A DNA stretch of 64,000 nt from Minisyncoccia bacterium (GTDB taxonomy: Bacteria > Patescibacteriota > Minisyncoccia > Phycocordibacterales > UBA9973), in NCBI GenBank assembly GCA_038322745.1, contig JBBQGF010000001.1, forward strand, positions 19,258-83,257. Reading direction: 5' to 3'. The notes below the pieces were generated by a model that saw only the letters and a program-made list of their open reading frames with translations, did no database searches and had not been told where the DNA came from. Below, piece by piece: positions 20,670-29,987 of this stretch. The translations under genes were made by a program, and so were the position numbers. Each line of letters starts with the position of its first letter. The first letter of the stretch is position 1.

Positions 20670-22145
20670 ATGTCAAACGGAGAAGTAGTAGTAAGATTTG
20701 AAAAAGTCTTTTTTGAATATGGTCACAATAAACACATCCTCGATGATGTTGATTTTTCTATTCGTCGTGGAATGAAAGTTACTGTTATGGGTCAAAACGG
20801 TGCAGGTAAAAGTACTATATTTGGATTAATTACAGGAGCACTGGCTCCTGAGGAAGGAACTATAAATCTTGCTCAACGTACAACAATTGCACTTTCTCGC
20901 CAAGTTATACCTCGTCCAGAATTAGATTTAACCGTTCGTGAATTCTTTCAGAAATGTTTTAAGGATAAAGTCTATGATATTGACCCTAGAATTGATAATG
21001 TTCTTGAAATCGTAAATCTTAAAGGTCATTTAAAAGTTCATGAACGAATAGTCAAAAGTTTTTCTGGTGGACAACAAGCGAGATTATTACTTGCTTCAGC
21101 ACTCATCCAGGAGCCAGATATTCTTCTCCTTGATGAACCTACAAATAATTTAGACAAATCTGGTATCGCACATCTTACTGATTTCTTAATTAAATACAAA
21201 AAAACAGTTATTGTTATTTCTCACGATGCACAATTTTTAAATGCATTTACAGACGCAGTTTTATATCTTGATATCTATACCAGAAAAATAGAACAGTATG
21301 TTGGTAATTATACTAATGTACGTGATCAAATAGCAGCTAGAATGGAACGTGAAAATCGTAAAAATGCACTTATTGAAAAAGAAATATTAGCAAAAAAAGA
21401 ACAAGCAAATGCTTTTGCAATGAAAGGAGGGAATCTCCGTGCTGTTGCAAAGAGGATGCGTGATTTAGCAGCAGAACTCGAAGAGGATAAAGTAGATGTT
21501 AGAAAAGAGGATAAAACTATTAAAAATTTTACTATTCCTTATCAAGAAGATATGACAGGGGATATATTAACACTGACATCTGTTTCTATTTTAAAAAAAC
21601 ATACACCCGTAATAAGGAAAGTAAATATTAAACTTAGAAGAAATAAACACGTACTTCTATCTGGACCAAATGGTATTGGAAAAAGTACACTTCTCGAATC
21701 TCTTGCAAATGGAAGAGCTCCAGGTGGAGTTATAGGAGAAGGTGTACGGGTGGGGTATTATCGCCAAGATTTCTCTACACTTGATTTTAATCAAACTGTT
21801 TTTGAATCACTTGCTGATGTTATGCGTAGTGTAAATGGGAGAGTTGAAGAAGAAAAAATTCGTGCTATTGCTGCTGGATTCCTAATAACTGGTGATATGG
21901 TTCATACTCGCATTGGAAGTCTATCAGAAGGTCAAAAAGGTCTTGTGGCCTTTGCTAGACTAGTAGTAGAACGTCCAGGACTATTAATCCTCGATGAACC
22001 TACAAACCATATAAATTTCCGTCATCTACCTATCATTGCAAAAGCACTTGACCAGTATCAAGGGGCAATGATTTTAGTATCTCACGTTCCAGAATTTATT
22101 GAGCAAATTAGGATAGACGAAATTCTTGATTTAGATATGAAATAA
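20670..22145 (+). CDS. ABC-F family ribosome-associated ATPase
   Basis: two NBDs (GQNGAGKST/FSGGQ/LDEPTNNLD; GPNGIGKST/LSEGQ/LDEPTNH) and no TM domain. Confidence 0.92.
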   Translation: MSNGEVVVRFEKVFFEYGHNKHILDDVDFSIRRGMKVTVMGQNGAGKSTIFGLITGALAPEEGTINLAQRTTIALSRQVIPRPELDLTVREFFQKCFKDKVYDIDPRIDNVLEIVNLKGHLKVHERIVKSFSGGQQARLLLASALIQEPDILLLDEPTNNLDKSGIAHLTDFLIKYKKTVIVISHDAQFLNAFTDAVLYLDIYTRKIEQYVGNYTNVRDQIAARMERENRKNALIEKEILAKKEQANAFAMKGGNLRAVAKRMRDLAAELEEDKVDVRKEDKTIKNFTIPYQEDMTGDILTLTSVSILKKHTPVIRKVNIKLRRNKHVLLSGPNGIGKSTLLESLANGRAPGGVIGEGVRVGYYRQDFSTLDFNQTVFESLADVMRSVNGRVEEEKIRAIAAGFLITGDMVHTRIGSLSEGQKGLVAFARLVVERPGLLILDEPTNHINFRHLPIIAKALDQYQGAMILVSHVPEFIEQIRIDEILDLDMK

Positions 22146-22224
22146 ATTGATTTTAAACAAACTAATACTTCATTGTATTAGTTTGTTTTTTATGGTTAAA
22201 TAAAATAAATCAAAACGTTATAAA

Positions 22225-22608
22225 ATGGCAAGAAAAAACAAGTCGTATCAAAGGAGACCTCATCACAGAAGAGCTAAATCTCTAAACGGGTCTAAATCGG
22301 TTGCGAATATTTCTTATGTTCTTCAAAATCTTCATGTTCTATGGCATGTTTTGTTCGGTAATATGAATGCTGAACAAATATGTAATGAAATCAACATGTC
22401 CGAGTGGAAACCAAAAGGGGTAACAGTCGTGTGTAGATTTATAAATGGGAGCAGAGTAATGTTATGTGGAGCTTATGCCTCTGAAAATAAAGGCAAAAGA
22501 AACTATGCGTGGTCAACCTTGTTTAGAGGAATGTATTTTGAAGAGGCAATCGATTTTATAAATAGTACTTGGCTTGATCCAAGCTACCATTTATACATTA
22601 TTGATTAA
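22225..22608 (+). CDS. hypothetical protein with an HNH-like motif
   Basis: HHRRAKSLNGS...NISYV...H..WH..F pattern; internally duplicated helix. Confidence 0.55.
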   Translation: MARKNKSYQRRPHHRRAKSLNGSKSVANISYVLQNLHVLWHVLFGNMNAEQICNEINMSEWKPKGVTVVCRFINGSRVMLCGAYASENKGKRNYAWSTLFRGMYFEEAIDFINSTWLDPSYHLYIID

Positions 22609-22708
22609 AACAATTTTTTAACTCATTAAAAAGGAAACTCTTTAATGAGTTTTCTTTCGCTTAATTATTATGTTTACCTATTTATAAACAAAGAGTTATA
22701 ATATATCT

Positions 22709-23143
22709 ATGATTAAAGAAAACACAAAAGCATTAGATTTCACATTATTAGATCAAGATAAAAAAGAGGTTAAATTATCAGATTATACAAATGATAATAT
22801 TTTATTATATTTCTACCCCAAAGATGATACCCCTGGGTGCACAAAAGAGGCTTGTATGATTACTGAAGTTTATGATAATTTTAAAAAAAATAATATTACT
22901 GTTTTAGGAGTTTCATCAGATTCACCTGAGAGTCATACTAAATTTCGTTTAAAATATAATTTACCCTTTACATTATTATCAGATCCTGAAAAAAAAGTTA
23001 TTAAAGCATATGAAGCACAAGGCCCACTTGGTTTTACAAAAAGAATTTCATATTTAATTAAGAAAGGAATAATTATAAAAACATATCCAAAAGTTGATCC
23101 AGCGAATCATGCACTGCAAATATTAAAAGATATAAGTATATAA
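22709..23143 (+). CDS. bcp: peroxiredoxin Bcp/PrxQ
   Basis: [16 protein letters not shown]. Confidence 0.93.
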   Translation: MIKENTKALDFTLLDQDKKEVKLSDYTNDNILLYFYPKDDTPGCTKEACMITEVYDNFKKNNITVLGVSSDSPESHTKFRLKYNLPFTLLSDPEKKVIKAYEAQGPLGFTKRISYLIKKGIIIKTYPKVDPANHALQILKDISI

Positions 23144-23147
23144 ATAT

Positions 23148-23546
23148 ATGAATACATCAACAACTTGGTACAAAGAACTCATAAAACCATCTTGGGCTCC
23201 ACCATCATGGCTATTTGGTCCTGTATGGACAATATTATATATAATAATATTTATAAGTTTTGGTTTAGTTTTTCAAAAAATATTTACTAAACAAATTCCA
23301 CTTATAATAGCATTACCTTTTGTATTAAATTTAATATTTAATCTTTCATTTACTTATTTTCAATTTGTACTTAAAAGTAATACCCTAGCAGCAATTGATA
23401 TATTATTAACTCTGGCTTCTCTTATTTGGGCAATGGTATTGATTTGGCCTTATATTAGATATGTTGTTTATCTAAATATTCCATATCTTATTTGGGTTAT
23501 ATTTGCTACTATTTTACAACTTACAATTACTTATAAAAATTGGTAA
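23148..23546 (+). CDS. tspO: TspO/MBR family protein
   Basis: [21 protein letters not shown]; PYLIWV.FA. Confidence 0.92.
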   Translation: MNTSTTWYKELIKPSWAPPSWLFGPVWTILYIIIFISFGLVFQKIFTKQIPLIIALPFVLNLIFNLSFTYFQFVLKSNTLAAIDILLTLASLIWAMVLIWPYIRYVVYLNIPYLIWVIFATILQLTITYKNW

Positions 23547-23611
23547 AAAAAATAGCCTACTAATTATTTAGTGAGCTATTTCATAGATTAAAATATTTTT
23601 TATGTTTTAAT

Positions 23612-23995
23612 CTAAATTGCAGAATAACGCTTACTCCATTCGTATTTATAACAAGGTATAAAAAATAATTTATTACCTGCTTTAATCTCATTTTCAATTT
23701 GCTTAAATAAATCTAATGAGACTTTTATACAGATTGGCTTAATAAATTCAGTTGTCCGCACTTCTATCAAATACAAATCATCTGGTATCGATATCATATT
23801 ATATCCAATGTTAGTATTACCATCGGGTTGAAGTGCTGATAAATACAATCCCGATTTTTTTTCGATACTGATAATTTGACCAGCAACAGTTACTTTCTTT
23901 GGAACGAAAATGTACAAAAATATCCATAAAAATCCATCCCAAAAAATGTAAAGAATTACTATCCCAATTAATGGGGCAATGATGTATTTTTCCAT
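23612..23995 (-). CDS. hypothetical protein with N-terminal TM
   Basis: standalone ORF with a TTGACG promoter. Confidence 0.65.
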   Translation of the reverse strand: MEKYIIAPLIGIVILYIFWDGFLWIFLYIFVPKKVTVAGQIISIEKKSGLYLSALQPDGNTNIGYNMISIPDDLYLIEVRTTEFIKPICIKVSLDLFKQIENEIKAGNKLFFIPCYKYEWSKRYSAI

Positions 23996-24105
23996 AACAC
24001 TCGGTTTTAAAAGGTTAAATTTCCTTATTTATAATACTTTAATACTAATTCGTCAAGTATTAAAATTGGGTGGAAAAAAGAGCAGATTAAAAAATCCGCT
24101 CTTTA

Positions 24106-24780
24106 TCATTTGTCTAATTCAAGGATTGCATCCCTGACTTCTTTTTTGATTATTTCTAAATCATCTAAATTTGAAAATTTAATTTCAGGTCCAATAACCA
24201 TTTTACCACGATGACCTCCATATATTTTATTAAAATGAAAGCCAGACGATATGGGCATGATAGGACTGATATCTTTTAAAAAAATTGGTATGACAATAGG
24301 TTTAGCTATTTGAATAGTTTTAGCAACTCCATATTTACATTCACCTATTTCTTGATCTCTCATTCTTGTTCCTGCAAAGAATAACAATAAATTATTTTTC
24401 TTTTCTAAAAGAGAACAAAAACGTGATATATCAGTATCAATCATTTTAAAAGAGCTGACTTTGCGATGAGCTGGAATGCATTTAGATAAATACATTATTT
24501 GCCTACTTATAGGATTCTTGAAAAAGTTCATATAATCAGGCGCATTGTAAGGAATCTGACGATATTTGAAAAATATATCCCAAAAGGATGATACTCCAAT
24601 TCCTATCAGTAGAGAATCTATCAATGTTTGATGATTAGAAACATACAATATTGCGTTTTCTTTGTTTGGACGTTTACCTTCAATCTTTATTTTGTTACGT
24701 ATTTTAAATATGTAAACAGAAATAAAATAAAGTAAAGTCATCCAAATCCGTCCAAAAGTAGTACCAAATAAGGTTTTCAT
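24106..24780 (-). CDS. lysophospholipid acyltransferase (PlsC-like)
   Basis: NHQTLID (HX4D) and FFAGTR motifs. Confidence 0.85.
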   Translation of the reverse strand: MKTLFGTTFGRIWMTLLYFISVYIFKIRNKIKIEGKRPNKENAILYVSNHQTLIDSLLIGIGVSSFWDIFFKYRQIPYNAPDYMNFFKNPISRQIMYLSKCIPAHRKVSSFKMIDTDISRFCSLLEKKNNLLLFFAGTRMRDQEIGECKYGVAKTIQIAKPIVIPIFLKDISPIMPISSGFHFNKIYGGHRGKMVIGPEIKFSNLDDLEIIKKEVRDAILELDK

Positions 24781-24866
24781 ATTCTATTTTTTTAAGATTT
24801 CATTAAAATTATATACTTATCAATATAAATGTAAACAGTAAAAAAATATTATGATATAATTAAAAA

Positions 24867-24994
24867 ATGGATCCCGTTAGAGATATGCTTTTGTATTCTA
24901 ATGAGATACTAAAATAAATTATTTATTTTATATTAATAATAAGATTTAATCAGATACGTCAAACCTTTGGGTGACTATCTCTAGCGGAATGGAT
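24867..24994. mobile_element. MITE-like element inserted at a start codon
   Basis: CCCGTTAGAGATA...TATCTCTAGCGGA terminal inverted repeats (24873-24988) flanked by exact ATGGAT direct repeats. Confidence 0.65.
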
Positions 24995-25531
24995 ATTCTT
25001 GCACATATGCTCTGGGCTAATTATGGTTCTAGACCAATAAATAAAAAAAGAGTAAAGAAAAGTTTGAGTAAAATTAATGTTGCTTGGATAATGTTTTGGA
25101 GTGTATTTCCTGATTTATTTGCTTTTGGAATTCCTACTGTCTTAGCTGTAATAGTGAGTATTACATCTAATAATTTTTCTTTTAAATCTCTTCTTTCACA
25201 TCATGGAACACCAAATCCATTAATCATGGACTTACCAGCATATCTATATCAGTTCAGCCACAGTTTTATTATCTGGATTTTAATTTTTATACTTGTGTGG
25301 GTAATATCAAAAAAACCTCAATTTGTATTATTTGGATGGGCTTTACATATATTTCTTGACATATTTTCACATTCAATTCAATTTTATCCAACACCATTTC
25401 TATTTCCAATTTCTAATTATCATTTTATTTATGGAATTAGATGGAGCGATCCATATTTTGTAACTGTAAATTATACATTAATTGCAATTTTTGCTATTTA
25501 TTTTTATCTTACAAGAAATAAAAAAAATTAA
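24989..25531 (+). CDS. membrane-bound metal-dependent hydrolase (YdjM-like)
   Basis: MD...H, PD, SHS and LHIFLD motifs with TM helices; start moved to ATG 24989. Confidence 0.75.
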   Translation: MDILAHMLWANYGSRPINKKRVKKSLSKINVAWIMFWSVFPDLFAFGIPTVLAVIVSITSNNFSFKSLLSHHGTPNPLIMDLPAYLYQFSHSFIIWILIFILVWVISKKPQFVLFGWALHIFLDIFSHSIQFYPTPFLFPISNYHFIYGIRWSDPYFVTVNYTLIAIFAIYFYLTRNKKN

Positions 25532-25536
25532 TTATA

Positions 25537-26259
25537 ATGTCATTCCAAGTATTATTAAAAGAATTGAAAAACAAAGAACAACCATTAAGAGCTAAAATAC
25601 TCTCTAGATTTTTCAAAACAGGTAAGGGTGAATATGGGGAAGGGGATTTTTTTCTTGGGATTACAGTACCAGAAATTAGAAAGATAGCAAAAAAATATGT
25701 TTTATTATCTTTTGTTGATGTTGAAAAATTATTAAATAATAAATATCATGAAGCAAGATTAGTTGCTATTTTGATATTAGTTGATAAATTTAGAACTGCA
25801 GATATAAAACAAGACACAAAAAGTAAAAAAGAAATATATGATTTTTATTTAAATAATACAAATAAAATAAACAATTGGGATTTAGTAGATTTATCAGCTA
25901 GTTATATAGTAGGAAATTATTTATTTGATAAAAAAAATTCAGAAAAGAAAATACTAGAAAAACTTGCAAAATCAAATAATCTCTGGGAACGAAGAATTTC
26001 TATTATATCTACATTTGCATTTATATATAAAGGGGAGTATGAAAATACATTTAAAATAGTAAAAATACTTATGAATGATAAACATGACCTTATCCATAAA
26101 GCTTGTGGATGGATGCTTCGAGAAGTAGGAAAAAGAATAAGTGAAGTACCTTTATTGAGATTCTTAGATGAGTATAGTTCACAAATGCCACGCACCATGC
26201 TTCGTTATTCCATAGAGAGGTTACCAGATAATACAAGGAAATATTACCTTAAAAAGTAG
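25537..26259 (+). CDS. alkD: DNA alkylation repair protein (AlkD-like glycosylase)
   Basis: FFKTG.GEYGEGD.FLG, NNWDLVD, WERR, KACGWMLREVGK. Confidence 0.9.
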   Translation: MSFQVLLKELKNKEQPLRAKILSRFFKTGKGEYGEGDFFLGITVPEIRKIAKKYVLLSFVDVEKLLNNKYHEARLVAILILVDKFRTADIKQDTKSKKEIYDFYLNNTNKINNWDLVDLSASYIVGNYLFDKKNSEKKILEKLAKSNNLWERRISIISTFAFIYKGEYENTFKIVKILMNDKHDLIHKACGWMLREVGKRISEVPLLRFLDEYSSQMPRTMLRYSIERLPDNTRKYYLKK

Positions 26260-26268
26260 GTATTTGAG

Positions 26269-26277
26269 TTATCCACA
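26269..26277 (+). promoter_or_regulatory. DnaA box
   Basis: exact TTATCCACA 9 nt upstream of the -35 of the lexA operon. Confidence 0.5.
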
Positions 26278-26286
26278 GTTATTTAC

Positions 26287-26315
26287 TTGACTGTGAACGA
26301 TCGTTCACATATAAT
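26287..26315 (+). promoter_or_regulatory. sigma70 promoter containing a LexA operator (GAAC-N4-GTTC)
   Basis: TTGACT-17 bp-TATAAT; perfect 18-bp palindrome TGTGAACGATCGTTCACA at 26292-26309. Confidence 0.85.
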
Positions 26316-26352
26316 AATAATATAGTTAATTATCAATAATTATTTATAATAT

Positions 26353-26565
26353 ATGAGTAGAGAACAATATTTAAAATTAATAAGAATCGAGATTCATAAT
26401 GTCAATAAAAAGATTGATATTAAAATTCTTCAAGGCCAAGAATATACCAAGGAAGCACGTGAACATAAACAACTTCTTCATAAAATTCGTCAGCATTCAA
26501 GAAAGAGTTTTTTAGGTAATATATTTAATCTACTTAATAATATTCCTCAACTTTCAAATCTTTAA
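26353..26565 (+). CDS. small hypothetical protein, first gene of the lexA operon
   Basis: 70-aa ORF between the LexA-box promoter and lexA. Confidence 0.7.
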   Translation: MSREQYLKLIRIEIHNVNKKIDIKILQGQEYTKEAREHKQLLHKIRQHSRKSFLGNIFNLLNNIPQLSNL

Positions 26566-26579
26566 TATAACATTACAAT

Positions 26580-27146
26580 ATGTATAATAATTACAAAACA
26601 AAACTAATAGCATTTCATGGTAGAGAAAAACGCATGCCTACTTATACTGAGATGATGAATCTATTTGGTTTTAAGTCCAAGAACGCAGTTGCTCGACTTG
26701 TTGATAAATTCATAGAAGAAGGAATTGTCATCAAAGACCATTTAGGTCGTCTAATAGCTGATTCATCATTCAATTCTATTCCATTACTTGGCTCAGTGAA
26801 GGCTGGTTTTCCTGCAGATGTAGCAGAGGAATTGCATGATACTATTAATATTGATGAATACTTAATCGCTAGAAAAGAAAATTCCTACATGCTTACTGTT
26901 GATGGAGACTCTATGATAGATGCACATATTACTAATGGAGATATGGTACTAGTAGAGAAAACAAATATAGCAAAAGATGGACAAATAGTCATAGCAGATA
27001 TTGATGGAGAATTTACAATGAAGTATTTCAAAAAGAAAGGAGACAAAGTGTGGTTAGAACCAGCGAATAAAGATTTCAAACCAATATATCCTGTTAATTA
27101 TTTAAATATTACTGCAGTTGTAAAAGCTGTAATACGCAAATATTAA
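26580..27146 (+). CDS. lexA: LexA repressor (winged HTH plus S24 autopeptidase)
   Basis: PTYTEM..FGFKS HTH, V.AG cleavage site, GDSM catalytic Ser, TMK catalytic Lys. Confidence 0.88.
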   Translation: MYNNYKTKLIAFHGREKRMPTYTEMMNLFGFKSKNAVARLVDKFIEEGIVIKDHLGRLIADSSFNSIPLLGSVKAGFPADVAEELHDTINIDEYLIARKENSYMLTVDGDSMIDAHITNGDMVLVEKTNIAKDGQIVIADIDGEFTMKYFKKKGDKVWLEPANKDFKPIYPVNYLNITAVVKAVIRKY

Positions 27147-27205
27147 ATAATCAAATAAACTAAAGATAGTAAATTTAGTGCTGTTAAATGCTATAATAGA
27201 AAAAT

Positions 27206-28900
27206 ATGACGCAAGAACAAGCCCTTAAAATCTTAAAAACTGGAGTAAATATATATCTTACTGGTAGTGCAGGTAGTGGAAAAACATATCTATTAAATCA
27301 ATACATTTCTTATCTCCAAGACCACAATATAGCTGTGGCTGTTACTGCTTCAACTGGTATTGCGGCTACACATATGAATGGTATGACTATTCATGGATGG
27401 TCAGGAATTGGTGTCAGAAGCAAAATGGATGAAAGAGACTTAGAACAACTTGAAGAAAAGAAATATCTTTGGACTAGATTTGAAAAAGCACGAGTTCTAA
27501 TCATTGATGAGGTTTCAATGTTACATGGGTTTCAACTCGATATGATTGAAAAGGTTTGTAGAAAATTTAAAAGAGTTGATAAACCTTTTGGCGGATTACA
27601 AGTCATACTCTCTGGCGATTTCTTCCAACTTCCACCAGTAGAAAAAGGAGGTATTGTATCTAGCGGAAAAAGTAATATGGTTTATGCTAGTGATGCATGG
27701 AAAATACTTAATCCTGCAATTTGTTATCTAACGGAACAACACAGACAAGATGATGAAGTCCTTATAGAAATACTTAATAAAATAAGAAATAATAGTATAG
27801 GTGAAAAACATTATGAATTACTTGAAAAAAGAATTAATGCTGAATTAGTAAATAATAAAAAAGCAACAAAACTCTATACTCATAATGTAAATGTTGATCA
27901 TGAAAATTTTGCAGAACTTAATCTAATAAATAGTGAGGAAAAAACCTATCAAATGACATCAAAAGGTCATGATGTTATTGTAGATATTTTAAAAAAAAGT
28001 TGTCTGGCACATGAAGAATTAAGATTAAAAATAGGAGCTGAGGTCATGTGTATTAAAAATAATGCGGAAGGTGGTTATGTGAATGGTTCTAGAGGGAAGG
28101 TTATTGCGTTCGATGATGAAACTCATAATCCAATAGTAGAATTATATAATGGAAAGAAAATAACTATGACTCCTATGCTTTGGGCAATTGAAGAAGATGG
28201 TAAGGTCAAAGCTTCTATAACACAGCTTCCACTCCGTCTTGCTTGGGCTATAACTATTCATAAAAGCCAAGGAATGTCACTTGATAACGCTGAAATAGAC
28301 CTTAGAAGCACTTTTGCGTATGGAATGGGATATGTTGCCCTCTCTCGTGTTCGAACACTCGCAGGGATAAGATTGATTGGATTTAACCCTGAGGCACTTA
28401 GAGTTGACCCAAAAGTTTTAGAGTTTGACCAAGATTTGAAAAATGAAAGTACGCAAAATGAACTTATGTGGAAAAAACTCAAAGCAGATGAGCAACTAAA
28501 ATTAGAGGAGGATTTTATAAGGAAAATGAATGGAACAATCAAGGTTGAAATAAATAAAAATAAAAAAAAGAAAATTGGAGTAATTGATACAAAAATTCCA
28601 ACAATGATAGTAACAAAAGAATTACTTGACAAAGGAAAAAATATTAAAGAAATATCAAAAGAAAGAGATTTAACTGGAGGAACTATTACTCATCATATAG
28701 AAATGATATTAAAGGAGTATCCTGAAACAAATATCTCACATATCAAACCTTCCCAGAAAAATATAGATATTGTAAAGAAAGCAAATAAAAAACTGAAAGG
28801 TGAAGATATTGGTAAATTAAGCCCAATAAAAATAATACTCGAGAAAGAAGGTTATGATTTATCTTTTGAAGATATTAGACTTGCAAGGTTATTCATATGA
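27206..28900 (+). CDS. PIF1-family (RecD-like) 5'-3' DNA helicase with C-terminal HTH
   Basis: GSAGSGKT, DEVSM, PFGG.Q..GDFFQLPPV, QLPLRLAWAITIHKSQGMSL, YVALSR. Confidence 0.9.
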   Translation: MTQEQALKILKTGVNIYLTGSAGSGKTYLLNQYISYLQDHNIAVAVTASTGIAATHMNGMTIHGWSGIGVRSKMDERDLEQLEEKKYLWTRFEKARVLIIDEVSMLHGFQLDMIEKVCRKFKRVDKPFGGLQVILSGDFFQLPPVEKGGIVSSGKSNMVYASDAWKILNPAICYLTEQHRQDDEVLIEILNKIRNNSIGEKHYELLEKRINAELVNNKKATKLYTHNVNVDHENFAELNLINSEEKTYQMTSKGHDVIVDILKKSCLAHEELRLKIGAEVMCIKNNAEGGYVNGSRGKVIAFDDETHNPIVELYNGKKITMTPMLWAIEEDGKVKASITQLPLRLAWAITIHKSQGMSLDNAEIDLRSTFAYGMGYVALSRVRTLAGIRLIGFNPEALRVDPKVLEFDQDLKNESTQNELMWKKLKADEQLKLEEDFIRKMNGTIKVEINKNKKKKIGVIDTKIPTMIVTKELLDKGKNIKEISKERDLTGGTITHHIEMILKEYPETNISHIKPSQKNIDIVKKANKKLKGEDIGKLSPIKIILEKEGYDLSFEDIRLARLFI

Positions 28901-28985
28901 TTTCTAAATTTATCATTTCTATGATATAAAGTGATAAACATATAAAATGATGAGATGGAAATTTAAATTTAAAAATCCATATCAG

Positions 28986-29090
28986 ATGGAAAAATTTTTC
29001 CTAAATCTGAAGTGGTATGCAGTTAAAACTTTAGTGGGATTAATTACATTGGGGTTAATATCAATAATTTACTTTCTATTTTTAAAATAG
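28986..29090 (+). CDS. putative 34-aa single-TM small protein (not in ORF track)
   Basis: MEKFFLNLKWYAVKTLVGLITLGLISIIYFLFLK, followed immediately by a terminator hairpin. Confidence 0.4.
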   Translation: MEKFFLNLKWYAVKTLVGLITLGLISIIYFLFLK

Positions 29091-29141
29091 AAAAAAGCCA
29101 ACCTATTATATGATTGGCTTTTTTATTGGTATAATCAAACT

Positions 29142-29918
29142 ATGAAATACAATATAAAACAAATATCGATACTGATTATAATATTAGTAGTAATAGGGTC
29201 TTTAATATCTTATATTTTACAATCTAAAAATAATACTCCTGTTCCAGAAAAGGGGAATATAGTTGCAACTAATGAATTAGCTGAAGTTATTGCAATTAAA
29301 CCTATAGAGATGTGTTATGACCTTTCTGATAAAACATCTCGCGGATTTTATGATAAAGCACTTATAAAAATGCAAATTACTGGTGATAAGGTAATCGGAG
29401 AATTTAAAGATATACCTTCAGAAAAAGATAGTAAAGTAGGTAAATTTGAAGGTACTGTTGGTTTACTTAATAAGGAAACAATGTCACGACGTGCAAATTT
29501 ATTATGGGATTCTGAAGGAGAAGGTATGAGTGCAAAAGAAGAATTGATTATTGATTTCGGTGATGGTAGTGCAGTTGTTGGATATGGAGAAATGGTTGAT
29601 AATGGAAATAATGTATATGTTTATAAAGATAAAACAAAACTTATTTTTAGTAAAAATATGAGTCAGATTGATTGTGGAACACTAGATGAAAAAGTCTCAG
29701 TTGAAAAATACATAAAAGATAATATTACAACTATCGCTAAAGAAAAAGCAGTTTTAGGTGGTAGCTGGTATGTAATATCAGTTTTTGTTAATCCATCCAA
29801 AAATACAGCAGATGTAATATTTGAAGATGGCCATATTCAAAATAAAGCTCAGATTATTTATACTTACACAAAAGAAGATGGAGTGATAAAAATTGATAAA
29901 GTTACAAAAATTATATAA
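29142..29918 (+). CDS. hypothetical membrane-anchored/secreted protein
   Basis: N-terminal TM; C-terminal AVLGGSWYV..FEDGH motif. Confidence 0.75.
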   Translation: MKYNIKQISILIIILVVIGSLISYILQSKNNTPVPEKGNIVATNELAEVIAIKPIEMCYDLSDKTSRGFYDKALIKMQITGDKVIGEFKDIPSEKDSKVGKFEGTVGLLNKETMSRRANLLWDSEGEGMSAKEELIIDFGDGSAVVGYGEMVDNGNNVYVYKDKTKLIFSKNMSQIDCGTLDEKVSVEKYIKDNITTIAKEKAVLGGSWYVISVFVNPSKNTADVIFEDGHIQNKAQIIYTYTKEDGVIKIDKVTKII

Positions 29919-29927
29919 TAATAATTA

Positions 29928-29956
29928 TTGACATTTGTATTAAATAGTAGTATAAT
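29928..29956 (+). promoter_or_regulatory. consensus sigma70 promoter
   Basis: TTGACA-17 bp-TATAAT. Confidence 0.8.
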
Positions 29957-29987
29957 ATATATATTATTAATAAGGTGATACAAATTT

